NCBI GenBank assembly: GCA_003598025.1
Contig: QZKH01000006.1
Coordinates: 108,035-172,034, forward strand
DNA length: 64,000 nt
DNA from: Candidatus Omnitrophota bacterium
Lineage (GTDB): Bacteria; Omnitrophota; Gorgyraeia; Gygaellales; Profunditerraquicolaceae
Reading direction: 5' to 3'
Shown here: positions 1 through 9,053 of the stretch, piece after piece
Layout of the letters: the number at the start of each line of letters is the position of its first letter
Position numbering within the stretch: the first letter of the stretch is position 1
Notes under the pieces: model-generated
Told to the model about the DNA's origin: nothing
The model's input: only the letters and a program-made list of their open reading frames with translations
Databases searched by the model: none
Position numbers and translations under genes: made by a program

Positions 1-1
1 G

Positions 2-481
2 TTCAAACTTATCATAAGCATTGATGATAAGGATATAGATACACATTTTTATCTGGCTAATGTTTATGACAGGCAGTCGAAATATAAACTTGCTGAACAG
101 GAGCTGAAAAAGACTCTTGAGCTTAACCCTGATTACCCGGAAGCCCTTAATCATCTGGGATATTTATACGCCCAGGAATCAAGGAATCTTGATCAGGCTG
201 AAATAATGATTAAGAAAGCGCTAGAATTTTCTCCGGATAACGGCGCATTCGTCGATAGCTTAGGGTGGGTTTATTTTAAAAAAGGTAACTACCAGAAGGC
301 GCTGGAAGAACTTGAAAAGGCATCACGTTTATTGGAAGACCCGGTAATATATGAGCACCTTAGCGAAGTTTACCTTAAAACCGGAGATAAGGCAAAAGCA
401 AAACAAATTTTAGAAAAAGCTATAAGTATATTTCCCGGTAACAAAATCATCGAAGAAAAACTTAATGAGATAAAATCTTGA
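2..481 (+). CDS. TPR-repeat protein, 5'-partial
   Basis: Frame is open from base 2; TPR consensus (ALNHLGYLY, DSLGWVYFKKG, YEHLSEVY). Confidence 0.85.
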   Translation, partial: FKLIISIDDKDIDTHFYLANVYDRQSKYKLAEQELKKTLELNPDYPEALNHLGYLYAQESRNLDQAEIMIKKALEFSPDNGAFVDSLGWVYFKKGNYQKALEELEKASRLLEDPVIYEHLSEVYLKTGDKAKAKQILEKAISIFPGNKIIEEKLNEIKS

Positions 482-1302
482 TGGAAGCTACCAAAGATAC
501 GGCCATCCTTGAGAAAAAAGCAAAAAAGATCCGCTCCCTGATTATTCAGATGTTGGATAAAGCCGGTTCCGGGCACCCCGGAGGAAGCCTTTCGGCTACA
601 GATATGATAACTGCCTTGTTTTTTTCCGTAATGCGCCATGATCCGGCTAACCCCCATTCTTTAAATAGAGACAGATTCCACATATCAAAGGGGCATTGCT
701 GCCCTTTATTGTATGCGGTTCTTGCGGAATGCGGGTATTTTTCAAAAGATGAGCTTTGGAAATTAAGGAAACTTGGCTGTCTTCTCCAGGGCCATCCTGA
801 TAGAAGGACTCCCGGTATCGATGTCGCTTCGGGTTCACTTGGGCAGGGTTTATCAGTAGGTTTAGGCATGAGCCTGGCTTTAAAAATGGATAAGAAAGAC
901 TACAGGGTTTACGTCTTAATGGGGGATGGAGAAATACAGGAAGGCAATATCTGGGAAGCAGCGATGGCTGCTGCACATTATAAATGTGATAATTTATGCG
1001 GCATACTGGATTATAACGGCTACCAAATTGACGGCAAAACCAAAGATGTAATGAATCTTGAGCCGATCAGCGATAAATGGAGAGCCTTTGGCTGGCATAC
1101 AGTATTGATTGACGGCCACAATATGAAAGAGATAGTTGCAGCTTATAGGGAGGCAGAATCCATGAAAGGTAAACCCACGATAATAATCGGCAAGACTATA
1201 AAAGGAAAGGGTGTGTCTTTTATGGAAAACGTTGTAGATTTCCATGGAAGGGCTCCGACCAAGGAAGAGACCGATAGGGCCCTTAAAGAAATCGGAGAGT
1301 AA
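478..1302 (+). CDS. tktA: Transketolase, N-terminal (TPP-binding) subunit
   Basis: SGHPGGSLS, LQGHP, GSLGQG, GDGE..EG..WEA motifs. Confidence 0.93.
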   Translation: MMEATKDTAILEKKAKKIRSLIIQMLDKAGSGHPGGSLSATDMITALFFSVMRHDPANPHSLNRDRFHISKGHCCPLLYAVLAECGYFSKDELWKLRKLGCLLQGHPDRRTPGIDVASGSLGQGLSVGLGMSLALKMDKKDYRVYVLMGDGEIQEGNIWEAAMAAAHYKCDNLCGILDYNGYQIDGKTKDVMNLEPISDKWRAFGWHTVLIDGHNMKEIVAAYREAESMKGKPTIIIGKTIKGKGVSFMENVVDFHGRAPTKEETDRALKEIGE

Positions 1303-1310
1303 AGCTTAAA

Positions 1311-2240
1311 ATGGCAGAGATGTTATATCAAAGAGATGTTTATGGAAAAGCCTTGGTAGAACTGGGTAAAATCAACAGGGATATAGTTGTTTTTGATGCC
1401 GATCTCTCAGGGTCTACCAGAACAAGTTTATTCGCCAAAGAATTCCCGGAAAGGTTTTTTAATTTTGGGGTAGCCGAGCAGAATATGATGGCTACTTCAG
1501 CAGGAATGAGCAGTTGCGGTAAGACAGTGTTTGTTTCCACATTTGCGATGTTTGCGACTGGCAGGGCCTGGGACCAGGTAAGAAACAGTGTTGTATATAA
1601 TAATTTTGATATAAAGATAGTCGCTACCCATGCCGGTGTCACAGTCGGGCCTGACGGAGCTAGCCATCAGGCTTTGGAAGATTTAGCTATTATGAGAGTA
1701 TTGCCTAATATGAACGTAGTGGTTCCCTGCGATGGGCCGCAGACAAGAGAAGCTGTTATGGCCGCAGCAAATACGCGCGGGCCTTTTTATATACGCCTGG
1801 GAAGGTCTAAATTCCTGACGATAGAAAATAAAGGAGAGTTTAAATTGGGCAAAGCCCAGGTGCTTAAAGATGGTAAGGATGTAACGATAATTGCATGCGG
1901 CATAATGGTTGAAGCAGCTTTAGAAGCCGCTGATAACCTTGGAAAAAAAGGCATTAGTTCTAGAGTGATTAATATGCATACGATTAAACCCATAGATAAA
2001 GACGTTATTATTGAAGCCGCAAAAAATACTTCCGGGATAGTGGTTTGTGAGGAGCATACTGTAATCGGAGGTTTGGCTTCGAGCGTAGACGAAATAGTCT
2101 CTGAGAATTGTCCGGCTAAAGTTTTACGGATAGGCGTTAAGAACAGGTTCGGCCAGTCAGGAGAACCTTCCGAGCTGCTTAAAGAATATAACCTCACAGC
2201 CGAAGACATAGAAAAATCAGCCTTAAGCATAGTTTCTTAA
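1311..2240 (+). CDS. tktB: Transketolase, C-terminal subunit
   Basis: DADL..ST, GVAEQNM, GPDGASHQ, EEH motifs; follows the N-terminal subunit. Confidence 0.93.
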   Translation: MAEMLYQRDVYGKALVELGKINRDIVVFDADLSGSTRTSLFAKEFPERFFNFGVAEQNMMATSAGMSSCGKTVFVSTFAMFATGRAWDQVRNSVVYNNFDIKIVATHAGVTVGPDGASHQALEDLAIMRVLPNMNVVVPCDGPQTREAVMAAANTRGPFYIRLGRSKFLTIENKGEFKLGKAQVLKDGKDVTIIACGIMVEAALEAADNLGKKGISSRVINMHTIKPIDKDVIIEAAKNTSGIVVCEEHTVIGGLASSVDEIVSENCPAKVLRIGVKNRFGQSGEPSELLKEYNLTAEDIEKSALSIVS

Positions 2241-2252
2241 ACCTTCCTTTAG

Positions 2253-3179
2253 ATGCAGATGCGTCTTGACTCTTGCTCTAAGCTCAACCTTTACCTAAAA
2301 GTCCTCCATAGAAATAAAGATGGCTACCATGATATAGATACTATTTTTGAACGTATCAGCCTTTCCGATAAGATTATATTCACCCTCAGGAAAGACAGTA
2401 ATATAAAAATCGTTACTTCTTCAGACAATATACCCTCTGACCATACTAATTTAGCCTACCGGGCAGCAAAATTACTCCAGGAAAAATACCGCATTAAAAA
2501 CGGCGTAAATATAAAAATTATAAAGCGCATCCCTGTAGGCGCGGGTTTAGGCGGCGGCTCAGGTAATGCAGCAACTGTTTTAATTGCCCTGAATAAATTA
2601 TGGAAATTGGGCTTATCTAAGGCAAAATTATCCAGAATTGCAGAATGTTTAGGCAGCGATGTACCATTTTTTATACATAATACCCCTTTTGCGCAAGGCT
2701 TAGGCAGGGGGGAGGATATTAAGCCGATAAAATCATTGAAAAATATTAGAATTTGGCATGTTTTAGTTGTACCAAGGATAAATGTAGCTACGGCATTGGT
2801 TTATAAAAAATGGGATGAGTTTTTTTTACCAAGTGCTTCTGATGCAAAGAGTAAAAGTCCTGGAAAAATTAAAAAGGTTAAGTTGACAACACATGATTCT
2901 GATGTTAAAATACTGACCTTAGCCATAAAGGGTAAGATTTGGAATAAGTTGCGTAAATATTCCTTCAATGACCTTGAAAACGTTACTTTCAGGCTGTATC
3001 CTGTTGTCGGTAAGATCAAGGAAGAACTTTATAAGCTTAAGCAGGAATTTGTTTTGATGTCCGGAAGCGGGCCGACAGTATTTGCCATTACTCCCTCAAA
3101 GAAGGAAGCCATGGTTTTATATAGACAGCTTAAAGGTAAGAATAAACCCTGGGATGTTTTTTTAGCTCAGACGGTATAG
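2253..3179 (+). CDS. ispE: 4-diphosphocytidyl-2-C-methyl-D-erythritol kinase
   Basis: KLNLYL, DGYH, IPVGAGLGGGSGNAA, GSDVPFF, MSGSG. Confidence 0.96.
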   Translation: MQMRLDSCSKLNLYLKVLHRNKDGYHDIDTIFERISLSDKIIFTLRKDSNIKIVTSSDNIPSDHTNLAYRAAKLLQEKYRIKNGVNIKIIKRIPVGAGLGGGSGNAATVLIALNKLWKLGLSKAKLSRIAECLGSDVPFFIHNTPFAQGLGRGEDIKPIKSLKNIRIWHVLVVPRINVATALVYKKWDEFFLPSASDAKSKSPGKIKKVKLTTHDSDVKILTLAIKGKIWNKLRKYSFNDLENVTFRLYPVVGKIKEELYKLKQEFVLMSGSGPTVFAITPSKKEAMVLYRQLKGKNKPWDVFLAQTV

Positions 3180-3199
3180 GCGTTTTTAAGGAGGGGTCT

Positions 3200-3616
3200 A
3201 TGGAAATAACGGAGGTAAAGGTTTTCCTGAAGGATTCACCGGATAAAAAGCTGAAAGCTTACGCGACCGTAACTTTTGATAACGCTTTTGTCGTAAGAAA
3301 TATTAAGGTGATAGAAGGCTCAAGCGGGTTATTCATTGCAATGCCTTCCAGAAAGATAAAGCAGCCGTGCCAGAAGTGCGGCTTTAAAAATGAGTCACGC
3401 AGTAAGTATTGCAACCAGTGCGGAGCGCAGCTAGTCGTCAGTTCCCGGCCGCTGAGCCAGGAAGAAGCTGCAAATAATTCTCAACTCGAGCATAAAGATA
3501 TAGCCCATCCGATTACGCAGTCCTTTAGGGAATATCTTCAAAAGAGAGTTTTAGAGGCTTACGAACAAGAGAAAACAAGTGGCCATGCTAATGCAGGGCA
3601 TGCAGGAGCCGATTAG
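3200..3616 (+). CDS. spoVG: SpoVG family protein with inserted zinc ribbon
   Basis: MEITEVKV, LFIAMPSRK, DIAHPI; CQKC..CNQC insert; ispE-spoVG-glmU-prs synteny. Confidence 0.93.
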   Translation: MEITEVKVFLKDSPDKKLKAYATVTFDNAFVVRNIKVIEGSSGLFIAMPSRKIKQPCQKCGFKNESRSKYCNQCGAQLVVSSRPLSQEEAANNSQLEHKDIAHPITQSFREYLQKRVLEAYEQEKTSGHANAGHAGAD

Positions 3617-3744
3617 TCCATATATCGGCGAAAGATTTAATAATGCCTTTTTACGGCCTACTTTGTTATGTTGGGCAATTTTTTCATTAAATAGAGTACA
3701 TAGGAAATCTTGTATAACAATACAGGAAGGTCGAGCCTTAAATC

Positions 3745-3815
3745 TGCCCGGTAGTGTAATGGTAGCACATCAGAATTTGGGTCTGACTGTTGAGGTTCGA
3801 GTCCTCACCGGGCAA
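3745..3815 (+). tRNA. tRNA-Gln(TTG)
   Basis: TGCCCGG/CCGGGCA acceptor, TCAGA-ATTTGGG-TCTGA anticodon arm, GGTTCGAGTCC T-arm. Confidence 0.92.
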
Positions 3816-3845
3816 TTTTGACAAGATAACTAAGCGAGAACCTAA

Positions 3846-3990
3846 AGGGATGTGGAGGTTCTCCCTCGTCCGCCGCAGGCGGGCTCGGGATTAATTCGGC
3901 CAGTAAGGCAAGATGTAGCCTAAGCAACTTACGTCGTACTTTGTACTTCCGTAAGTTGTGGCCTCATTAGGAATCCACACGTCCCAACCA
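3846..3990 (+). other. tRNA-like structured element or degenerate tRNA-Gln copy with palindromic insert
   Basis: GGGATGT pairs with ACGTCCC and the element ends in ACCA; internal hairpins CAACTTACG/CGTAAGTTG and TCCCTCG..CTCGGGA. Confidence 0.45.
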
Positions 3991-4024
3991 TTTTAAGTTA
4001 GATATTAAAAAGAGAGTTAACCAT

Positions 4025-5284
4025 ATGAGAAACAAATTTGCATGCATTATTTTGGCAGCGGGTAAGGGCGTAAGGATGAAATCCTCTACGCCTAAGGTCC
4101 TGCACCCCATATGCGGAAGGCCTATGCTGCAATATGTCCTGGATTTATCAAAATCACTAAAGGCAACCGATACGGTTGTAGTTCTGGGCCATCAACATGA
4201 ACTGGTAGAGAAATCGCTGCCTCGAGGGTTGAAATTTGTAGTCCAGAAAAGATTAGTCGGTACTGCAGATGCCGTTAAGACAGCTTTGGCCAAATTGAAG
4301 GGATTTAGAGGAGATATACTTATTCTATATGCTGACATACCTCTTTTACAAAAAAGTACACTGCTTAAATTAATAAAATACCATGCAGATAATAATCTTG
4401 ATGCGGCAATACTTACCGCCCAGATGGCCAAGCCGGAAGGTTATGGAAGGATTAGCAGGGATGAATATGGGGCGATATGCAATATTGTAGAAGAAAAAGA
4501 TGCCGATGATTTTGATAAGGCAATAAAAGAGATAAATACGGGGATCATTTGTTTTAACAAGAAGAAATTGGAATTTGCTTTGGCAAAAATAAGGCCGAAT
4601 AATGCCAAGAGGGAATATTACCTGACCGATGCCATAAAGATCCTTTATGATAATGGCTGTCTGGTTGATAGCTTAAAGATTGAGGATGCCCAAGAGGCAA
4701 GCGGAGTAAACTCCAAGCTTGATTTATCTAAGGCCAATAGCGTTATTCAGCGGAGAATTAATGAAGGGCTTATGAAGGCAGGAGTTAATATTGTTGACCC
4801 TGCTACTACCTTTATCAGCTACGGAGTAAGAATCGGGCGGGATACGGTCATTTATCCCTTTACAGTTATTGAAAGAGATGTTAAAATTGGTGGTCATTGC
4901 TCAATAGGGCCTTTTATACATTTGCGTGAAGGCACCAGGGTAGCAAACGGGGTAATCTTGGGCAATTTCTTAGAGAGCGTCCGCTCAAAGATCTCAGAAG
5001 GAACTTTAATTAAACATTTTAGCTATATCGGGGATACGCGAATTGGCAAACGTGCCAATATCGGCGCAGGAAGTGTCACCGCTAATTTCGACGGTAAAAA
5101 TAAGCATGCAACCATTATAGGAGATAATGCATTTGTTGGTTCTGACTCGGTATTGGTTGCTCCGGTTAAAATCGGGAAAAATAGTATAGTTGGAGCAGGC
5201 TCAGTGCTTCTTAAAAACAGGAATGTAAAAAACGGCCAGATAGTTGCAGGCGTCCCGGCCAAACCATTAAAAAACAAGAGGTAA
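4025..5284 (+). CDS. glmU: Bifunctional UDP-GlcNAc pyrophosphorylase/acetyltransferase
   Basis: LAAGKGVRMKS..PKVLH, EYYLTD, hexapeptide repeats. Confidence 0.95.
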   Translation: MRNKFACIILAAGKGVRMKSSTPKVLHPICGRPMLQYVLDLSKSLKATDTVVVLGHQHELVEKSLPRGLKFVVQKRLVGTADAVKTALAKLKGFRGDILILYADIPLLQKSTLLKLIKYHADNNLDAAILTAQMAKPEGYGRISRDEYGAICNIVEEKDADDFDKAIKEINTGIICFNKKKLEFALAKIRPNNAKREYYLTDAIKILYDNGCLVDSLKIEDAQEASGVNSKLDLSKANSVIQRRINEGLMKAGVNIVDPATTFISYGVRIGRDTVIYPFTVIERDVKIGGHCSIGPFIHLREGTRVANGVILGNFLESVRSKISEGTLIKHFSYIGDTRIGKRANIGAGSVTANFDGKNKHATIIGDNAFVGSDSVLVAPVKIGKNSIVGAGSVLLKNRNVKNGQIVAGVPAKPLKNKR

Positions 5285-5286
5285 AC

Positions 5287-6225
5287 ATGGATAAATTGGC
5301 AGTATTCTCTGGCAATGCCAGCCCGCAGTTAGCAAAAGATATCTGTAAATATCTTAAGATAAAGCTTTCTGATGCCTTAGTGTCAAGATTCAGCGAAGGC
5401 GAAATAAGGGTCAAAATCAATGAGAATGTCAGAGGCAAAGATGTGTTTATCGTACAGTCAACCTGTCCTCCTCCTAATGATAACCTTATGGAGCTTTTGA
5501 TTATGATGGATGCCTTAAGGAGAGCTTCAAGCAAGAGGATAACTGCGGTTATACCTTATTTTGGTTATGCCCGCCAGGACAGGAAGGACCAGCCTCGTGT
5601 GCCTATCAGCGCTAAATTAATCGCAAACCTCCTTACGGTTGCAGGAGCAGACAGGGTTTTGACGATGGACCTGCATGCAGGCCAGATCCAGGGATTTTTT
5701 GATATTCCGGTAGACCATTTATTTTCCGTCGGGGTATTCATAGATTATTTCTCAAATATCGATCCCAAAGACGTTGTGGTGGTTTCTCCGGATGTAGGCA
5801 GCATTAAGATGGCAAGGGCTTATGCCAAAAGGCTAAATGCAGCATTGGCAATAATTGATAAAAGAAGGATTGACCCTGAAAAGTCCGAAGCTTTGCATAT
5901 ATTAGGCGAGGTCGAAGGCAAAGATGTCATAATCGTTGATGATTTGATTGCTACGGGGAGTTCTTTAATAGAAGCAGTAGGCGTGCTTAAGAAATACGGG
6001 TGCAAAACTGTGCGTGCAGCCATAACTCATGGCGTATTATCCGGGCCGGCACTTGAAAGAATAAATAAATGCGCAGAATTAAAAGAACTTTTAATATCAG
6101 ATAGTATCCCTCTGTCGGAAGATAAGAAAAATCCACGGATCAAAGTCTTGTCTGTTGCCGGGCTTCTTGGGGAAGCTATAAAACGGATTCATAACGAAGA
6201 ATCGGTCAGTTCGCTGTTCGATTAA
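5287..6225 (+). CDS. prs: Ribose-phosphate pyrophosphokinase
   Basis: YARQDRK, DLHAGQIQGFF, VDDLIATG. Confidence 0.97.
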   Translation: MDKLAVFSGNASPQLAKDICKYLKIKLSDALVSRFSEGEIRVKINENVRGKDVFIVQSTCPPPNDNLMELLIMMDALRRASSKRITAVIPYFGYARQDRKDQPRVPISAKLIANLLTVAGADRVLTMDLHAGQIQGFFDIPVDHLFSVGVFIDYFSNIDPKDVVVVSPDVGSIKMARAYAKRLNAALAIIDKRRIDPEKSEALHILGEVEGKDVIIVDDLIATGSSLIEAVGVLKKYGCKTVRAAITHGVLSGPALERINKCAELKELLISDSIPLSEDKKNPRIKVLSVAGLLGEAIKRIHNEESVSSLFD

Positions 6226-6256
6226 ACTATTAAAATATTTAATGAGGTGAAATAAA

Positions 6257-6958
6257 ATGGAAGAGATATTTTTGGATGCGGAAATAAGGACTCAGCTAGG
6301 AAAGATCGGTGTTAAAAAGTTAAGGGCTACCAGCGTAATACCGGCAGTTATATACGGCGAGGGCAAGGATTCCAAAGCCATAGGTATACCTAAAAAACAA
6401 TTATTAACGCTGGTACACCAACACCGCCTTGAAAACCTGGTTATAAACCTTAAGATAAAGGACGAAAATAAACTCAGGTCTAAGACCTGCCTGATAAAGG
6501 ATATACAGTATGACCCGGTCCAGGGAGATATAATACATGTTGATTTCAACGAGATATCGCTTACTAAGTCAATTAAAGTAAACGTGCCGGTTGTAGCAAA
6601 AGGCGAAGCAGTAGGGGTTAAGCAGGAAGGCGGCTCTCTGGAGCATATCATGTGGGAAATAGAGATCGAGTGCTTGCCTACAAAGATCCCTGAAAAAATA
6701 GAGGTAGATGTGACACCTTTAAAGATAGGGGATTCAATACATGTAAAGGATATAATCCTTCCTCCTGACATAAAGGTGATCACCCCTCTTGAATCAGTAG
6801 TCATATCTGTATCTGAGCCTATGAAAGAGGAGGCACCGGTAGAGGAAATTGAAGGCGCTGAAGCTGCAAAAGAGCCGGAAGTAATAAAAGAAAAGAAGGA
6901 AGTCCCTGCTGAAGAAAAAGAAGCCGAGGAAAAACAGGAAAAGAAAGAGAAAAAATAA
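6257..6958 (+). CDS. rplY: 50S ribosomal protein L25 (Ctc form)
   Basis: IPAVIYG, HVDF, GVKQEGG, acidic tail; prs-rplY-pth synteny. Confidence 0.95.
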   Translation: MEEIFLDAEIRTQLGKIGVKKLRATSVIPAVIYGEGKDSKAIGIPKKQLLTLVHQHRLENLVINLKIKDENKLRSKTCLIKDIQYDPVQGDIIHVDFNEISLTKSIKVNVPVVAKGEAVGVKQEGGSLEHIMWEIEIECLPTKIPEKIEVDVTPLKIGDSIHVKDIILPPDIKVITPLESVVISVSEPMKEEAPVEEIEGAEAAKEPEVIKEKKEVPAEEKEAEEKQEKKEKK

Positions 6959-6980
6959 TACCTTTACTTTCCACCCTTTT

Positions 6981-7550
6981 ATGAAATTGATTTTGGGCCT
7001 GGGTAATCCGGGCATAAGATATTCCGGGTCAAGGCATAATATAGGTTTTCAGGTTATACGCACTCTAGCCAAGCAGCATAAGATGCGTCTAAAGAAGGAG
7101 CCGGGTATACCTGCTTTTATTGCTAAAGGAAACATTAGTAGCGTTAGCGTAATACTGGCCATGCCTTTGACATTTATGAATCTATCCGGCGTAGCTGCCA
7201 AGCTTTTATTTAAGAAGTTTGCTCTTTGCAACAAGGATCTTTTGGCTGTATGCGATGATTTAGACCTGGATTTCGGCAGGATAAAATTAGTAGCAGGAGG
7301 TTCTTCGGCCGGGCATAACGGCATAAAGTCAATAATCACCTATTTAGAAACAGCTGAATTCAACAGGCTGCGCATAGGCATAGGAAGGCCGGATAAGGAT
7401 ATTGCGGCAAAGTATGTCCTTTCCTCTTTTGACAGAGCACAAAAGAAGGAATTGCCGGAGATCATTGGTAGCGCATGCAGCTGTTGTGAGTCTTGGGTTA
7501 TAAATGGGATTTCAGAAACCATGAATATATATAATAAAAGGAGAAACTAA
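6981..7550 (+). CDS. pth: Peptidyl-tRNA hydrolase
   Basis: GLGNPG, RHNIGF, TFMNLSG, GHNG, RLRIGIGRP. Confidence 0.97.
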   Translation: MKLILGLGNPGIRYSGSRHNIGFQVIRTLAKQHKMRLKKEPGIPAFIAKGNISSVSVILAMPLTFMNLSGVAAKLLFKKFALCNKDLLAVCDDLDLDFGRIKLVAGGSSAGHNGIKSIITYLETAEFNRLRIGIGRPDKDIAAKYVLSSFDRAQKKELPEIIGSACSCCESWVINGISETMNIYNKRRN

Positions 7551-7846
7551 TGAATAAGTATGAAGCCATGTTAATAGTGAAACCGGATTTGCCGGAAGAC
7601 CAGAAGAAGGCTGTTTTTTCGCAGATTAATGAAGTGATCACAAAAAATAAAGGCAGCGTAACCAATTCTTCTGTCTGGGCAGATAAGAGGAGGATGACGT
7701 TCCCGATAAAGAAATTTCAGGAAGGCCTTTATTATCTGGTTAATTTTGAATCTGACCCCCAAGCTATAAAAGAATTGAACCGTTTGTATAGCTTGAATGA
7801 AAATATCCTTAGGACATTGATAACCAGGCCGATAGAGGAGAAATAA
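7550..7846 (+). CDS. rpsF: 30S ribosomal protein S6
   Basis: KYEAMLIVKPD, FPIKK, ILR; rpsF-ssb-rpsR order. Confidence 0.95.
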   Translation: MNKYEAMLIVKPDLPEDQKKAVFSQINEVITKNKGSVTNSSVWADKRRMTFPIKKFQEGLYYLVNFESDPQAIKELNRLYSLNENILRTLITRPIEEK

Positions 7847-7847
7847 T

Positions 7848-8282
7848 ATGGCAAATTTAAATAAAGTCTTATTGATAGGTAACCTTACCAAAGACCCTGA
7901 GCTAAGGTATACGCCCCAAGGCACGGCTGTCGTAAATATAAGGCTAGCCGTAAACAGGCGGTTCCGTAATAAGAACCAGGAGGCTAAGGAAGAGACGTGT
8001 TTTATAACTGCGGTTGCATGGGATAAGCAGGCAGAGACCTGTAACCAGTATCTTAAGAAGGGTAGCCCCGTTTTTATTGAAGGCCGCCTGCAGTCAAGGA
8101 GCTGGGAAGATAATGCAGGACAAAAACGCAGTGTAATCGAAGTCAGGGTTGAGAGGCTGCAGTTTCTTGGAAGCCCATCATCAAGGCAGGCTGCAGATCA
8201 GCACCAAGATTTATCTGTTACAGATTCACATACTGAGTCCGAATGGTTAGAAGAAAGCGAGGATAAAGCAGATGAGGTTTAA
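7848..8282 (+). CDS. ssb: Single-stranded DNA-binding protein
   Basis: [28 protein letters not shown]. Confidence 0.97.
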   Translation: MANLNKVLLIGNLTKDPELRYTPQGTAVVNIRLAVNRRFRNKNQEAKEETCFITAVAWDKQAETCNQYLKKGSPVFIEGRLQSRSWEDNAGQKRSVIEVRVERLQFLGSPSSRQAADQHQDLSVTDSHTESEWLEESEDKADEV

Positions 8283-8547
8283 GAGCGGGAAGTTCGAAAA
8301 AAGAACTACAAACAAGAAATCATTTGAAGCGGGAGTTTCTTTCAGGAAAAAAGTTTGCAGGCTATGCGCGGATAAAGTCAAGGGCATAGATTATAAAGAT
8401 TTGAGGAGGCTTGAATCTTTCGTCAGGGAGCGGGGCAAAATTATTTCAAGAAGGATATCCGGTAATTGTGCAAAGCACCAGCGCATGCTGGCAGAGGCTG
8501 TAAAAAAAGCGCGTTTTATAGGCCTTTTGCCATACGTAAAAAATTAA
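8272..8547 (+). CDS. rpsR: 30S ribosomal protein S18
   Basis: IDYKD, RGKI..RR, CAKHQR, AR..GLLPY. Confidence 0.96.
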   Translation: MRFKSGKFEKRTTNKKSFEAGVSFRKKVCRLCADKVKGIDYKDLRRLESFVRERGKIISRRISGNCAKHQRMLAEAVKKARFIGLLPYVKN

Positions 8548-8568
8548 TCAGATTCCAGGAGATAAATT

Positions 8569-9012
8569 ATGGAAGTAATTTTGAAGAAAGATGTAGCTAA
8601 AGTCGGAAAATCCGGGAGTGTGATAAAAGTAAAAGACGGTTTTGCGCGTAATTTTCTTTTTCCTCACAATCTTGCGGTCCCGGTTACAGATGGAAACCTG
8701 AAAAAAATAGAAGAAGACAAACAGAGGAAAGCAAGCCAGATGCAGAAATTGAAACAGCAGGCCCAGGATATGGCAGATAGGCTTTCAAAATTATCCCTGA
8801 CAGTGCCTGTGCTGACCCATGATGATGACCAGGTATACGGCAGTATTTCTGCGGTAGAAATAGAAAAAGCCCTTAAAGACGAAGGTTACGATGTCAGTAA
8901 GAATCAAATAGAACTGGAAGAGCAGATTAAGACCGTCGGAATTTATGAAGTGCCGGTGAAACTGCATCCGGAAGTAAAGACAATTGTCAAGATCTGGGTA
9001 GTAAAGAAATAA
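8569..9012 (+). CDS. rplI: 50S ribosomal protein L9
   Basis: MEVIL, VKDGFARNFL, YGS, KLHPEV. Confidence 0.96.
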   Translation: MEVILKKDVAKVGKSGSVIKVKDGFARNFLFPHNLAVPVTDGNLKKIEEDKQRKASQMQKLKQQAQDMADRLSKLSLTVPVLTHDDDQVYGSISAVEIEKALKDEGYDVSKNQIELEEQIKTVGIYEVPVKLHPEVKTIVKIWVVKK

Positions 9013-9053
9013 TATATATATATATATTATTTCTAAATCAGTGCCTTTTAAAT

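Noticed and set aside
3579-3821. ORFs overlapping tRNAs (also 32711-32992, 33081-33269, 51789-52004, 52704-52895)
   Set aside because: They coincide with tRNA genes and lack protein motifs
9012-9026. (AT)n tract before dnaB as a phase-variation site
   Set aside because: Short, intergenic and in AT-rich DNA; no evidence of function
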